IMG/VR virus record: IMGVR_UViG_3300020477_000990
Span: 264,150-328,149 of that record
Strand: one strand, 5' to 3'
Length of the DNA stretch: 64,000 bases
This document shows positions 21,187 to 32,613 of this stretch, one piece after another; position 1 is the first letter of the stretch, and each line of letters starts with the position of its first letter. A model generated the notes under the pieces. The model saw nothing but the letters and a program-made list of their open reading frames with translations. It made no database searches and was not told the DNA's origin. A program made the position numbers and the translations under genes.

Positions 21187-21405
21187 ATGGATATTTCAAA
21201 AGGTTTATATAAAGCATTAGAAATAAAATATATGGCTGAAATTGAAGATGCAAAAGTGCGTTTAGTAATATATTTTGAAAAATCAGTTGCTATTGGAGAA
21301 CATCCACAGCATACTGAAGAAATGGATAAGTTATTATCACAAATATCTGGTGCTGAAGATAATTTAGAATCGTTAAAAAAATATTTCAATACTTATGACA
21401 ATTAA
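21187..21405 (+). CDS. small hypothetical protein (GEHP motif)
   Basis: 72 aa ORF. Confidence 0.6.
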   Translation: MDISKGLYKALEIKYMAEIEDAKVRLVIYFEKSVAIGEHPQHTEEMDKLLSQISGAEDNLESLKKYFNTYDN

Positions 21406-22885
21406 AGAATTATTAGACGAAATAGGTGTAGATCAAAATTTATATACAGTACCAAATGGAGTACCTGTAATATCTCCAATTGATGCTAAAGAAATAGCTA
21501 AAGTAAAGCATACAACTCGACAAGAGTACGAAGCAAAATTATTAAATGTTAAACAAGCACAAATTGATTGGCGAACAGTACCAGCACCACAACGTGGTGA
21601 ATTAATAAGATTATTTGGCGAAGAGCTTCGCAAATATAAAAACGAACTTGGTAGATTAGTTACTATTGAAAATGGTAAAATATTTCAAGAAGGTTTAGGT
21701 GAAGTTCAAGAAATGATAGACATCTGCGATTTTGCAGTTGGGTTATCAAGACAATTATACGGGTTGACAATGCCAAGTGAAAGACCAGGTCACCGTATGC
21801 AAGAGATGTGGAATCCTTTAGGGGTGGTAGGAGTTGTTACAGCATTTAACTTTCCTGTAGCAGTATGGAGTTGGAACTTTGCACTTGCAACAGTATGTGG
21901 TAATGCAACACTTTGGAAACCATCACCTAAAACACCTCTAGTATCTTTTGCCTGTGAAGCAATATTTAAAAAAGCAGTTGAACGTTCAGGAATACCCCAA
22001 GCAAAAAGTATTTTAGAACTTGTAATTGGGGCTAATGAATCATCTGAATGGATTGCTAATGATAAACTTATTAATTTAGTTTCATTAACAGGATCAACAG
22101 CAATGGGACAAGCATTAGGTAAAAATGTTACAGAAAGATTTGGTAGAGTATTAATGGAACTTGGTGGTAATAATGCAATGATAGTTACACCAAATGCAGA
22201 TATGAAATTAGCAATAAGAGCCATATTGTTTAGTGCTGTAGGTACAGCAGGACAAAGATGTACAACTTTACGTAGAGTTATTGCACATAGATCAATTTAT
22301 GAACAATTAGCAAAATACTTAAAAAAATATTATGCAAAAATTACAATTGGTAATCCATTAGATGAAGGTGTACTAGTTGGTCCTTTAGTAAGTGAACAAG
22401 CATATGATAGTATGAAAGCTACAATAGATGAGTGTGAAAAATTAGGCGAAGTAACAGGTGGAACAAGATTAGATATGCCTGGAGTATATGTAAAACCAGC
22501 AATAGTAGAATTACAAAAAGCAGAAGAAATTACAAAAACAGAAACGTTTGCACCTTTATTATATATTATACCATATGATGAATTAGCAGAAGCAATAGCA
22601 ATTAATAATAATGTACCACAAGGTTTAAGTAGTTGTATCTTTACAAAAGATTTACAAGAAGCTGAATTGTTTATTGGAGCAAATGGATCTGATTGTGGTC
22701 TTGTAAATGTTAATATTGGCCCTAGTGGGGCTGAAATTGGCGGCGCCTTTGGTGGAGAAAAACATACAGGTGGCGGAAGAGAAAGTGGTTCAGATGCATG
22801 GAAACAATATATGCGTAGAAGCACGGTAACGGTAAACTACTCAACAGACTTGCCATTGGCACAAGGAGTTGAATTTAATGTCTAA
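21395..22885 (+). CDS. aldehyde dehydrogenase, ALDH7/P6C dehydrogenase-like
   Basis: [33 protein letters not shown]. Confidence 0.93.
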   Translation: MTIKELLDEIGVDQNLYTVPNGVPVISPIDAKEIAKVKHTTRQEYEAKLLNVKQAQIDWRTVPAPQRGELIRLFGEELRKYKNELGRLVTIENGKIFQEGLGEVQEMIDICDFAVGLSRQLYGLTMPSERPGHRMQEMWNPLGVVGVVTAFNFPVAVWSWNFALATVCGNATLWKPSPKTPLVSFACEAIFKKAVERSGIPQAKSILELVIGANESSEWIANDKLINLVSLTGSTAMGQALGKNVTERFGRVLMELGGNNAMIVTPNADMKLAIRAILFSAVGTAGQRCTTLRRVIAHRSIYEQLAKYLKKYYAKITIGNPLDEGVLVGPLVSEQAYDSMKATIDECEKLGEVTGGTRLDMPGVYVKPAIVELQKAEEITKTETFAPLLYIIPYDELAEAIAINNNVPQGLSSCIFTKDLQEAELFIGANGSDCGLVNVNIGPSGAEIGGAFGGEKHTGGGRESGSDAWKQYMRRSTVTVNYSTDLPLAQGVEFNV

Positions 22886-22895
22886 GGAGATGAAT

Positions 22896-23480
22896 ATGAA
22901 TTTAGTACCAATGGTTGTTGAACAATCATCAAGAGGTGAAAGAAGTTATGATATTTTTTCACGTTTATTAAAAGAGAGAATTATTTTTATAACAGGACCA
23001 ATTAACGATACTGTAGCAAGTTTAGTTTGTGCCCAGTTATTATTTTTAGAATCCGAGTCATCAGAAAAAGATATCTATATGTATATTAATTCACCAGGTG
23101 GATCAGTTACATCAGGTTTGGCTATGTATGACACTATGCAATATGTTAAACCAGATATTTCAACAGTAAGTATTGGATTATCAGCAAGTGCTGGTTCTTT
23201 ATTATTAATGGCAGGAACAAAAGGAAAAAGAATTTCGTTACCTCATAGTAAAATAATGATACACCAACCATCTGCAGGTTTTTCAGGACAAGCTACAGAT
23301 ATAGAAATTCATGCTAAAGATATATTAGACACTAAAAAACGTTTAAATGAATTATACGTAAAACATTGTGGTAAAGATCTTAAAACTGTAACTGATGCTA
23401 TGGAACGTGATAATTTTATGACACCAGAACAAGCATTAGAATTTGGGTTAATAGATAAAATCACTGATAAACGTGTTTAG
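22896..23480 (+). CDS. clpP: Clp protease proteolytic subunit
   Basis: [24 protein letters not shown]. Confidence 0.97.
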   Translation: MNLVPMVVEQSSRGERSYDIFSRLLKERIIFITGPINDTVASLVCAQLLFLESESSEKDIYMYINSPGGSVTSGLAMYDTMQYVKPDISTVSIGLSASAGSLLLMAGTKGKRISLPHSKIMIHQPSAGFSGQATDIEIHAKDILDTKKRLNELYVKHCGKDLKTVTDAMERDNFMTPEQALEFGLIDKITDKRV

Positions 23481-23673
23481 GCTAATTGGTTACGAAGATC
23501 CAGAAAAGCACGAAATAATATCTCAAGATGAAACATTAGACAGAACATGGCTTCCTAGTCATGCAGAAGATATTATTACAGTTACAGATAAGCAATTTGT
23601 TTTGGCCAAGTTAAAATATCCAGACGTAGAAATATTAGGTTTTTATTCATATCCACTTGATCTTTTGAAATAA
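23473..23673 (+). CDS. hypothetical protein
   Basis: 66 aa ORF overlapping the end of clpP. Confidence 0.5.
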   Translation: MFRLIGYEDPEKHEIISQDETLDRTWLPSHAEDIITVTDKQFVLAKLKYPDVEILGFYSYPLDLLK

Positions 23674-23692
23674 AACAAGTATAATAAACATT

Positions 23693-24412
23693 ATGGCGTT
23701 AGATATATTTCATTTAAGTTACCAAGAGCCTTATGCGGATAAAACTTGGAAATCACTTGTAAAAAGGTTTCCTTATGCTAGGCGTGTAAAAGGAATAAAA
23801 GGAATTTTTAATGCACACAAACGATGTGCAGAATTGGCTTATACAAAATCTTTTTATGTGGTTGATGCAGATGCTATATTAGAACCTGATTTTGATTTTA
23901 GCTTTAAGCCAAGTAAATGGGATGAACATTGCACTCATGTTTGGCGTTGTAAAAATCCAATAAATGATTTAGTATATGGTTATGGTGGTGTTAAATTATT
24001 TCCTACACAAACTTGTAGATCTGCAAATGAATGGCGAATAGATTTTACAACATCGGTATCAAATAAACCTGGAGAAAAAGGTGCATTTAAGGCAATGCCA
24101 ACTATTAGTAATGTTACGGCATTTAATACAGATCCTTTTAATACATTTAAATCAGCATTTAGAGAATGTACAAAACTAGCGGCAAAGGTAATTGACAAAC
24201 AAAAAGATCATGAAACCGAGCAAAGATTAAATGTTTGGTGTAGTGTAGGTTCAGATAAAGGGTTTGGTGAATATGCAATTGCCGGTGCTATTGCCGGTAG
24301 AGAATATGGTGAAGCAAATAAAAATAATATGGAGGCATTAAGTAAAATAAATGACTTTGGCTGGCTTGAGCAACAGTTCAACAAAATCCAAATCTCATCT
24401 AGAAGTACATGA
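23693..24412 (+). CDS. glycosyltransferase-like protein (DxD)
   Basis: FYVVDADA, YGYGGVKLFP, AFRECTKL; promoter TTGATC-N17-TATAAT at 23657-23685. Confidence 0.55.
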   Translation: MALDIFHLSYQEPYADKTWKSLVKRFPYARRVKGIKGIFNAHKRCAELAYTKSFYVVDADAILEPDFDFSFKPSKWDEHCTHVWRCKNPINDLVYGYGGVKLFPTQTCRSANEWRIDFTTSVSNKPGEKGAFKAMPTISNVTAFNTDPFNTFKSAFRECTKLAAKVIDKQKDHETEQRLNVWCSVGSDKGFGEYAIAGAIAGREYGEANKNNMEALSKINDFGWLEQQFNKIQISSRST

Positions 24413-25250
24413 GTTATTAGATAGATTTGAATTATTGTATGATGATGTAAGTGAATTAAAAGATCTTAGACGTGCTATTCTTGACAAAGATTTATCTAGC
24501 ATATTTCGTTTAAGTAAGAATTATGACGGATATTTAATTGATGAACTCCGTAAATCAGTTTTAGAAGAAAATCAATATTCTATACTTAGGTTATTAAAAA
24601 TTTATGTAAAGAACAAATCGTTAACAACACTAACAAAAACGATTAAAAATTTTCCTAAAAGTAATATTAAAGATGCATATTCTAGAGGGCAGTTACACAG
24701 TAAAAAATGGTTAGTATCTGAAGTTGAAAAAATAGGAATGCATTTAGGTACAGTATTTTTGTGTGCTGGCTGGTATGGAACGTTAGCAACAATGCTTTTT
24801 GAATCTGAAAAAATACATTTAGATAAAATAAGAAGTTTTGATATTGATCCTACGTGTTGGCAAATTGCAGAGTCAATTAATAAACCTTGGGTTATGACTG
24901 AATGGAAATTTAAAGCAACTACACAAGACATACATAGTATTAATTTTAACGAGTATACGTACAAAACATTAAGATCAGATAAAACAGAAAGAGAATTATT
25001 TGATAAGCCAAATACAGTTATTAATACAAGTTGTGAACATATTGAAAATTGGCAAGAATGGTGGAATAAAATTCCTAATGGAAAATTATGTATTTTACAA
25101 TCAAATGATTATTTTGAATTACCTGAACATATTAATTGTGTTAAAGATGTTAGCAATTTTAAATCTATAGCACCAATGGCAACTTACCTTTACACTGGCG
25201 AATTAATGTTAGGCAAATATACGAGGTATATGCTTATAGGTATTAAGTAA
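24351..25250 (+). CDS. class I SAM methyltransferase-like protein
   Basis: LCAGWYG, SFDIDP, INTSCEH. Confidence 0.6.
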   Translation: MTLAGLSNSSTKSKSHLEVHELLDRFELLYDDVSELKDLRRAILDKDLSSIFRLSKNYDGYLIDELRKSVLEENQYSILRLLKIYVKNKSLTTLTKTIKNFPKSNIKDAYSRGQLHSKKWLVSEVEKIGMHLGTVFLCAGWYGTLATMLFESEKIHLDKIRSFDIDPTCWQIAESINKPWVMTEWKFKATTQDIHSINFNEYTYKTLRSDKTERELFDKPNTVINTSCEHIENWQEWWNKIPNGKLCILQSNDYFELPEHINCVKDVSNFKSIAPMATYLYTGELMLGKYTRYMLIGIK

Positions 25251-25507
25251 TGCCAAAGTATGTATATAGATTAAAGTCTAAAGATCAACCAGTTCTTTTT
25301 CGTGAAACAGGAAAGTTCATGGAGATTCCAATGGTAGAAGACGAATTAGAAGTAGTACATCAAATTGAAGAATGGATAAAAGAAAATTGTTCTCAGTCTG
25401 CAAGTATAGAATCCTTTGATAATTATGATTATACAGGTAAGGACAAAATTACCATTTACTTTAAAAGTAAAGAAGATTTGCTACTTTTTAAGCTCAAGTT
25501 TGAGTAG
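25250..25507 (+). CDS. hypothetical protein
   Basis: 85 aa, translationally coupled. Confidence 0.55.
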   Translation: MPKYVYRLKSKDQPVLFRETGKFMEIPMVEDELEVVHQIEEWIKENCSQSASIESFDNYDYTGKDKITIYFKSKEDLLLFKLKFE

Positions 25508-25518
25508 TAAATACATAT

Positions 25519-26628
25519 ATGTACAGATATGAAGATATACGAACAGTACATTTAGAAATCACAGCGAAATGTCAGGCCGCTTGTTTGCAATGTGATAGAA
25601 ATGTTAATGGTGGTGAAATAAATCCAAATATTTCACTTGATGAGTTATCTCTTGAAGATTGCAAAAAAATATTTCCACCTGAATTTGTAAAACAATTAGA
25701 TAGTTTGTTTATGTGTGGTAATTTAGGTGACCCAGTTATTGCACAAGATTCACTTGAAGTAATGGAATATTTACGTAGTCAAAATTCTAATATTTGGTTA
25801 AGCATGAATACAAATGCCGGCGCCAAAAAATCAGAGTGGTGGAAAGATTTAGCAAAAATACTTGGTAAGCAAGGCCATGTAATTTTTAGTTTTGATGGAT
25901 TAAAAGATACTAATCATTTATATAGGCAAAATGTTAATTGGGATATATGTATGGATTCGGCACAGGCGTTTATTGATGCAGGTGGTAGAGCAAGATGGGA
26001 TTATTTAATATTTGGACATAATCAGCATCAAGTTGAAGATGCAAAAGCATTATCAGAACGTATGGGATTTGAAAAATTTATGAGTAAAAAAACTGGTAGA
26101 TTTTTTAGTAATGTAAAAGCAAAAGGAAAAGAAGAACATCAAGGTGTAAATCGTAAAGGTAAACAAACACAAAAACTTACAAAGCCAGATGAAAAATATG
26201 TAAACAAAGCTCTTAAGAAAGAAGATTTACTTATAGAAAAATATGGATCTATGAATAATTATTATGATAAAGCACATATTAATTGTAAAGTATTAAAAGA
26301 TATGAATGTATATGTAAGTGCATCAGGACATTTGATGCCTTGTTGTTGGGTAGCAGGACAAATGTACAAGTGGTGGGAGAAGCCAGGAGAAAATCAAATT
26401 TATAGATTTATAGAGCAAGTAGGTGGACTTGATGAGCTATCAGTTTTACAACATGGTTTTAAAAAAGTTTTAGAAGGAGACTTTTTTAATAATATAAAAG
26501 CAAGTTGGAAAAAAACTTCTTGTAATGGCGGCGATGGAAAATTAAAAGTATGTTCTGTTAAATGTGGTACAGAGTTTGATCCATTTGGTGCACAATTTGA
26601 AGATAACTTCGTTACAACAGCAAGGTAA
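25519..26628 (+). CDS. radical SAM protein with C-terminal SPASM/twitch-like domain
   Basis: CQAACLQC, CGNLGDP, MPCCW, CSVKC. Confidence 0.88.
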   Translation: MYRYEDIRTVHLEITAKCQAACLQCDRNVNGGEINPNISLDELSLEDCKKIFPPEFVKQLDSLFMCGNLGDPVIAQDSLEVMEYLRSQNSNIWLSMNTNAGAKKSEWWKDLAKILGKQGHVIFSFDGLKDTNHLYRQNVNWDICMDSAQAFIDAGGRARWDYLIFGHNQHQVEDAKALSERMGFEKFMSKKTGRFFSNVKAKGKEEHQGVNRKGKQTQKLTKPDEKYVNKALKKEDLLIEKYGSMNNYYDKAHINCKVLKDMNVYVSASGHLMPCCWVAGQMYKWWEKPGENQIYRFIEQVGGLDELSVLQHGFKKVLEGDFFNNIKASWKKTSCNGGDGKLKVCSVKCGTEFDPFGAQFEDNFVTTAR

Positions 26629-26637
26629 ATATATAAA

Positions 26638-28107
26638 ATGAGCAATAATAAACTACCATCAAAAACGTTTTGTGCGTTACCGTGGATGCATTTATCAACT
26701 AGACCAGATGGAAATATGCGAGTATGTTGTACAGCTAACGCAAGTTCAGTAGGTGCAACTAATGATAAAAAGCATGGTGGACAAGTTGGTATTCTAAAAA
26801 AAGATAATGGTGTTCCTGCAAACTTAAATAATTCAGATTTAATGTCATCGTGGAATAATGATTATATGAAGAACGTTCGTTTACAAATGTTAAACGGAGA
26901 AAAACCACCAGCTTGTTTAAAATGTTTTAAAGAAGAAGATGCAGGTCATAATTCAAAACGTATGTGGGAAACTGAATATTGGATGAATAGATATTCTTTA
27001 GAAGATATGATTGGTGAAACAAAAGAAGACGGTTCTATTCCACCTAAAATTAGATATATTGATTTGCGTATGGGATCTAAATGTAATTTAAAATGTATTA
27101 TGTGTAGTCCACATGATTCTTCATTATGGGTCAAAGATTGGTTAGACGTATATCCTACAATTAAAAATCCACAGCTAAAGCAAACAATGGGTTGGGATAA
27201 TAAAGGTAAAGTACATGGCGCTGGTTATAACTGGCATAAAAATAACGAAGTATTTTGGAAGCAGTTATATGAGCAAATACCTCATATGTATCAATTATAT
27301 TTTGCAGGCGGTGAGTCTACAATTATAGAAGAACATTATACATTATTAGAAGAAGTTATTAGAAGAGGATATGCTCCTAAAATAGAATTACGTTATAATT
27401 CAAATGGTGTTGAAATGCCAGATAGATTATTTGAATTATGGAGTCATTTTAAAAGAGTGCGTTTTCATTATAGTGTAGATTCAATTGAAGAAATGAATCG
27501 TTATATACGTTTTCCTGCAGATTGGGATAATACAGTTAAACAATTTCATTTGTTAGATAATACAGAAGATAAAGTAGAAGTAACAATTGCCTGTGCAGTA
27601 CAGGCTTTGAATATACATTATATTCCAGATTTTATTAAATGGAAATGGAAACAAAATTTTAAAAAAATAAATGTATGGCCATTTGGAGCAGGTATGTTAA
27701 ATTATCACTTTGTATATTGGCCTGGGCAATTAAATGTAAAAGCATTGCCACAATGGATGAAAAATAAAACAAAAGAAAAATATGAAGCATTTTATCCTTG
27801 GTTATTAGAAAATTGGAAACTATCCGGTGCACCAAGTAAAGAAGCATTTATGGAAGCAAGTTACGGTATTAAAAGATTAAAAGGAATGATTCAATTTATG
27901 ATGTCAGAAGATTGGTCAAGACGTATGCCAGAATTTAGAGAATATATTACAAAATTTGATAAGCAACGTGGCACAGATTTTGCTAAAACTTTTCCGGATA
28001 TGGCTGATATGTTAGATGAGTCATTAGATTATAGTGTTAAACCAATAACCGGTGAAAGTATTGATGAAAAAACAGAGAAGGAATTAGAAGATGGCGGAAC
28101 AATCTGA
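26638..28107 (+). CDS. radical SAM protein with N-terminal twitch-like domain
   Basis: FCALPW..RVCC..CLKC, then CNLKCIMC and FAGGE. Confidence 0.88.
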   Translation: MSNNKLPSKTFCALPWMHLSTRPDGNMRVCCTANASSVGATNDKKHGGQVGILKKDNGVPANLNNSDLMSSWNNDYMKNVRLQMLNGEKPPACLKCFKEEDAGHNSKRMWETEYWMNRYSLEDMIGETKEDGSIPPKIRYIDLRMGSKCNLKCIMCSPHDSSLWVKDWLDVYPTIKNPQLKQTMGWDNKGKVHGAGYNWHKNNEVFWKQLYEQIPHMYQLYFAGGESTIIEEHYTLLEEVIRRGYAPKIELRYNSNGVEMPDRLFELWSHFKRVRFHYSVDSIEEMNRYIRFPADWDNTVKQFHLLDNTEDKVEVTIACAVQALNIHYIPDFIKWKWKQNFKKINVWPFGAGMLNYHFVYWPGQLNVKALPQWMKNKTKEKYEAFYPWLLENWKLSGAPSKEAFMEASYGIKRLKGMIQFMMSEDWSRRMPEFREYITKFDKQRGTDFAKTFPDMADMLDESLDYSVKPITGESIDEKTEKELEDGGTI

Positions 28108-28657
28108 TTTACATAAAAAGTGGGAAGAAATGAAAGACCACGTTACAAAGCCACGTAAAGAGTTAGATGGTATGGCTATTTGTCCATTTGCTAAAATGGG
28201 ATTCAAACGTAATGAAGTTGAAGTTAAATGGGTTAAAAAAGATATGTTTAAAATTGCCAATGAAGCAATTGAAAATTATCCTGAAGAAAAACAGTTAGTA
28301 TTATGTATTGGAGATCCAAAAGATTATTCATTAGAAGAATTAGAAAAATGGGAAAATGAAAACCAAGCAAAAGCAGTTGCAAATGATTTATACATTTATA
28401 CATCTTATAAGTCAGAAGAAAAACAAGGATCAGTAGGAGTTGAAAAAAATACAGATAAACTTATTCCTGGATTAGGTTCTGGTAATAAAGGTTTAGCAAT
28501 CATACAAATACAAGGGTTAAGTGATTTAAATGAAAAATCTGAATGGGTACATAGAAATACAAAGTATTATGATAAATGGAATAAAAAATATTATGATGCT
28601 ATTGTAAAAAGAAGATATAAAGATAGTAACTATGATAGTGAGGAGTTTGAAAAATAA
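28091..28657 (+). CDS. hypothetical protein, DUF1415-like CPFA motif
   Basis: ICPFAK motif. Confidence 0.45.
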   Translation: MAEQSDLHKKWEEMKDHVTKPRKELDGMAICPFAKMGFKRNEVEVKWVKKDMFKIANEAIENYPEEKQLVLCIGDPKDYSLEELEKWENENQAKAVANDLYIYTSYKSEEKQGSVGVEKNTDKLIPGLGSGNKGLAIIQIQGLSDLNEKSEWVHRNTKYYDKWNKKYYDAIVKRRYKDSNYDSEEFEK

Positions 28658-29739
28658 TGGTTAATAATTACAATAAATTTTTTAGTGATACGTCTCTAGT
28701 AAAGTGCTATTCAGAATTTCAACGATTAGAAGAAGTAATTGTTGGTAGTGCATATAAACCAGATTGCTTTGATAGTAGTGAGCAATTTAGCCAAGAAGCC
28801 AAAGACTTATTAAAAAGAGTGTTTACAGAAACAGCAGAAGATTTAGAAGTACTTGTTAGTATATTAAAAGCTGAAGGCATAATAGTACAACGTCCTAAAG
28901 TAATGCAAGATCCACTTGCAAAATATAATATGGGAGAATTTGATATTGAATATGCAAACCAACCTTTGCAACCAAGAGATATATTAGGATTTTATGGTAA
29001 TAAAATTATTGAAGCATACACAAAAGACAGAACAAGATATTTTGAAAATTGGTGTTCAAGAGATATATTAAAGCAATATTATTTGCGTGGTGCAGAGTGG
29101 ATAGCAATGCCACCACCACAATTAAATAAAAAAACATACCAAGATTATTATCAAAATAGTGAAGTACTTTTTCATAATGCTAACTTAATTAAATGTGGTA
29201 AAGATATATTCCATTCACAATCACATCAAAAAGATCCTGTAAAAGGTAAAGGTACAGAACAAGGTTTAGAATGGTATAAAAAGCAATTGCCAGAATTTAC
29301 ATTTAATGAAATACCTGTTGGAGGTCATGCTGATGGTAAAATTGCATTAATTAAACCAGGTTTATTAGTAACTTGGAAAAAAGAATGGATACCAGAAAAG
29401 TTAAAATCATGGGATTGTATTATAACAGAATCAGGAACAAAGTTTCCAGAAGATTTTAAAAAAACACGTAAAGAACATTTTTATAAAGATTATATTGAAA
29501 AATGGTTATCGCATTGGATTGGTTATGTTGATGAAACAGTATTTGATGTTAATATGTTGAGTATATCAGAAGATAAAGTTATTTGTACAGGAACAGATAA
29601 AGAAGTATTTGCAAAATTAGAACAACACGGAGTAACACCTATATATTGGAAATTTAGACATCAATATTTTTGGGATGGCGGAGTACATTGTTTAACAGCA
29701 GATGTAAGACGTAAAGGAGAACAGGAAAATTATTTCTAA
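28657..29739 (+). CDS. amidinotransferase (glycine/inosamine-phosphate family)
   Basis: SEFQRLEEVIVG, QPRD, HADG, FDVN, GGVHCLT. Confidence 0.88.
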   Translation: MVNNYNKFFSDTSLVKCYSEFQRLEEVIVGSAYKPDCFDSSEQFSQEAKDLLKRVFTETAEDLEVLVSILKAEGIIVQRPKVMQDPLAKYNMGEFDIEYANQPLQPRDILGFYGNKIIEAYTKDRTRYFENWCSRDILKQYYLRGAEWIAMPPPQLNKKTYQDYYQNSEVLFHNANLIKCGKDIFHSQSHQKDPVKGKGTEQGLEWYKKQLPEFTFNEIPVGGHADGKIALIKPGLLVTWKKEWIPEKLKSWDCIITESGTKFPEDFKKTRKEHFYKDYIEKWLSHWIGYVDETVFDVNMLSISEDKVICTGTDKEVFAKLEQHGVTPIYWKFRHQYFWDGGVHCLTADVRRKGEQENYF

Positions 29740-31022
29740 TGGACAATCAAGCATGGAAGAAACGTGATTGGGATTGGCACAAAACAATCACTAAAAAATG
29801 TGTAGCACCTTGGCATAGTTTAACTATCGAATGGGATGGTGAAGTATATGCTGATGCTGTGGCGTTTAAACCATATGGAAGTATATATGAAAATACTTTA
29901 ACTGAATTATGGAATTCTCCAAAAGCAGTTAATCTTCGTAAATCATGGAGCAAAGGATTGCCAGATAATATAATATGTGCTAGTTGTATAAAGAAAGAAG
30001 AAACAGTAGGTAGTTCTAGACGACAATACTTTTATAGAAATTTGCCATCTGAATTATTAAAAACAGCAACATATGATCCAGAGCAAAAACCTAATATATG
30101 GTATTTAGAAATTAACTCATCAAATAAATGTAATTTAAAATGTAGAATGTGTAATGGGCAAGTTTCAAGTACTTGGATTAAAGAAGAAACACAATTAGCA
30201 AAAATATCTCCTAGTTGGATGCCAAAAAGAAAAAATGGAAAATACTCTAGAGTTGATTTTGATGTTATTAAAAATGTTTTAGAAAAAAGAGAATATTTTA
30301 AAGATTTGCAATTTTTAAAGTTAACAGGCGGTGAGCCATTAATGGAAGAACAAAATTATCAATTAATGGAACAATTTATTGAATGGGATATTGCAAAAAA
30401 TGTTATGCTTGATATTAACACTAACGGAACATTTATGAATGAAAGATTAATAAACATTGCTAAACATTTTAAATTAGTTAAGTTACATATAAGTTTAGAA
30501 GGAACAGGAGAGTTATATCAATATATACGTGGTGGAGAAAACTTTACTTTAGATCAATTAGAAACAAATATAATTGAATTCAACAAGTTACCAAATACAG
30601 TAATAATTTATACTGTTACAGTACAAATATATAATATTTTTAATTTATCAGATATATGGAATTGGTATTTAAAAATAAGAAAACCAACTAATGAAATTTA
30701 TTTTAAAAATGTTGTAGTTAATCCTCCACATTTAAATTTTCAAATATTACCTAATAGTTTAAAGTTAGAAGCATATGAAATAATGAAACAAGCAGATTTA
30801 CCACAAGGTGAGTATTGGGAATTAGATGATTTTAGTCAAGGTGATATAGGATTTAGCAATATTATGAAGAATTTACAGAATCTAAATACATATAACGAGC
30901 AACGTTTAAAAGAGTTTGTCCAGTTTACACGTGATATTGATACTATAAGAAAAACGGATATTAAAAAAATTGTCCCGCAATTAGCAGGATTATTTGAGGA
31001 AGTATATGAAGCAAGAGCCTAA
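29739..31022 (+). CDS. radical SAM protein with N-terminal twitch-like domain
   Basis: CVAPW, CASC, CNLKCRMC, TGGEP. Confidence 0.88.
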   Translation: MDNQAWKKRDWDWHKTITKKCVAPWHSLTIEWDGEVYADAVAFKPYGSIYENTLTELWNSPKAVNLRKSWSKGLPDNIICASCIKKEETVGSSRRQYFYRNLPSELLKTATYDPEQKPNIWYLEINSSNKCNLKCRMCNGQVSSTWIKEETQLAKISPSWMPKRKNGKYSRVDFDVIKNVLEKREYFKDLQFLKLTGGEPLMEEQNYQLMEQFIEWDIAKNVMLDINTNGTFMNERLINIAKHFKLVKLHISLEGTGELYQYIRGGENFTLDQLETNIIEFNKLPNTVIIYTVTVQIYNIFNLSDIWNWYLKIRKPTNEIYFKNVVVNPPHLNFQILPNSLKLEAYEIMKQADLPQGEYWELDDFSQGDIGFSNIMKNLQNLNTYNEQRLKEFVQFTRDIDTIRKTDIKKIVPQLAGLFEEVYEARA

Positions 31023-32223
31023 AACATTTTGTATTTTGCCATGGATGCATTTAGCAACAAATTCTAGTGGAAATTATAGAGTATGTTGTAATTCAACTCC
31101 AGGTAAAAATTTTATTTTAGATAAAAATGGTGAGCCTTATAAAATTTATAAAGCTGATATTAAAGAAATGTGGAACTCTGAAACATATAGAAATTTACGT
31201 TTGCAACTACTTAAAGAAGAATATCCAGATATGTGTCAACGTTGCTGGAGAGAAGAAGCAAGTGATATTAAATCTGCTCGTCAAAGTTTTAACGAAGCAT
31301 ATTCACATTTTATTGATGGAGCATTATCAAATACAGATATAGAAGGTAAAGCACCATTAAAAGTAGGGTATGTTGATTTACGTTTAGGAAACTTATGTAA
31401 TTTAAAATGTCGTATGTGTAATCCATGGGCAAGTAACCAATGGACTAAAGAATGGAATAAAACAACATCATATGATGGTAAAGATATACCAGAAGATGAA
31501 CGTACGAGATTAGAGCATATGGATTGGCCCACAAATGAAAAAACGTGGGAAAACTTAATGCCAATTATAGATTCAGTAGAAGAAATTTACTTAACAGGTG
31601 GAGAACCTACATTAGCATTAGAACAATATAAGTTATTTGATAAATGTATTGAATTAGACAAAGCAAAAGATATTGTATTAAAGTATAATACTAATTTAAC
31701 TAATATACCACCTAAAATGATTGAGTATTGGAAAAACTTTAAAAAGATTAAGATTAATGCTTCAATAGATGGGTTTGATGAGCTTAATAGATATATTAGG
31801 TATCCAACAAATTGGAAGTCAGTTGATAAAAATCTTAAAATATTTCATGAAATAGAAAAAGAAGGTAAAATGAGAGTGCAGATTCATACTACTGTACAAT
31901 TATATAATATACTTGATATAACAGATTTATTTGAATATGTTGATCAGTTTGGTTATTTTCCGTATTTAAATATATTAGATCATCCAGATTACTTAAATGT
32001 AAGAGTGTTGCCATTGCACCTTAAAGAATGTGTAGCAGAAGAATTACAAAAGTATATTGATAAGCCAAAAGTAAAAGGGTTAATAACTTATATGATGGAC
32101 GAAGATTGGTCACAGCATACAGATAAATTTATTGAATATACTAATTGGCTAGATAAATCACGTAAGCAAAATGTTCTTGATATTGTTCCTGGATTAGAAG
32201 ACATAATAAATTTAAAAAAATAA
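31006..32223 (+). CDS. radical SAM protein with N-terminal twitch-like domain
   Basis: FCILPW..RVCC..CQRC, CNLKCRMC, TGGEP. Confidence 0.88.
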   Translation: MKQEPKTFCILPWMHLATNSSGNYRVCCNSTPGKNFILDKNGEPYKIYKADIKEMWNSETYRNLRLQLLKEEYPDMCQRCWREEASDIKSARQSFNEAYSHFIDGALSNTDIEGKAPLKVGYVDLRLGNLCNLKCRMCNPWASNQWTKEWNKTTSYDGKDIPEDERTRLEHMDWPTNEKTWENLMPIIDSVEEIYLTGGEPTLALEQYKLFDKCIELDKAKDIVLKYNTNLTNIPPKMIEYWKNFKKIKINASIDGFDELNRYIRYPTNWKSVDKNLKIFHEIEKEGKMRVQIHTTVQLYNILDITDLFEYVDQFGYFPYLNILDHPDYLNVRVLPLHLKECVAEELQKYIDKPKVKGLITYMMDEDWSQHTDKFIEYTNWLDKSRKQNVLDIVPGLEDIINLKK

Positions 32224-32286
32224 CTTGACAATATATAGTATCATGCTATTATAAAAACACATTAACAATTTAACAAGAGAGGTTAT

Positions 32287-32508
32287 ATGTTCAAATACTT
32301 TGTAAAACATTTTAGCCAAGCATTATTGTTTTTATTAGCAATAGTTGGCTTTGCATGGCTTGGAGTTGAAATTGGCAAATTTGTAGGTGGCCAATTACAA
32401 AACGAATCATATACACATATTGTTTCTATTGGATTTATATTTTTAGTAGGAATAGTATATTATGCATATGGTCAAGCAAAGATTGATATAAAATATCAAT
32501 CCAAATAA
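32287..32508 (+). CDS. small two-TM membrane protein
   Basis: Two hydrophobic helices; SD GAGG; promoter TTGACA at 32225. Confidence 0.6.
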   Translation: MFKYFVKHFSQALLFLLAIVGFAWLGVEIGKFVGGQLQNESYTHIVSIGFIFLVGIVYYAYGQAKIDIKYQSK

Positions 32509-32514
32509 GGCTTT

Positions 32515-32589
32515 GACCCCTTCGTCTATCGGTTAGGACATCAGGTTTTCATCCTGAAAAGAGGAGTTCGATTCTCCTAGGGGTCGCCA
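32515..32589 (+). tRNA. tRNA-Glu(TTC)
   Basis: Arm TCAGG-TTTTCAT-CCTGA; CCA encoded. Confidence 0.93.
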
Positions 32590-32613
32590 GATAAATAAAA
32601 TAAAAGGAAAAAA

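Noticed and set aside
23693-32223. RiPP cluster with a precursor peptide
   Set aside because: No clear precursor, RRE/PqqD domain, peptidase or exporter; the companion enzymes fit sugar or small-molecule tailoring better.
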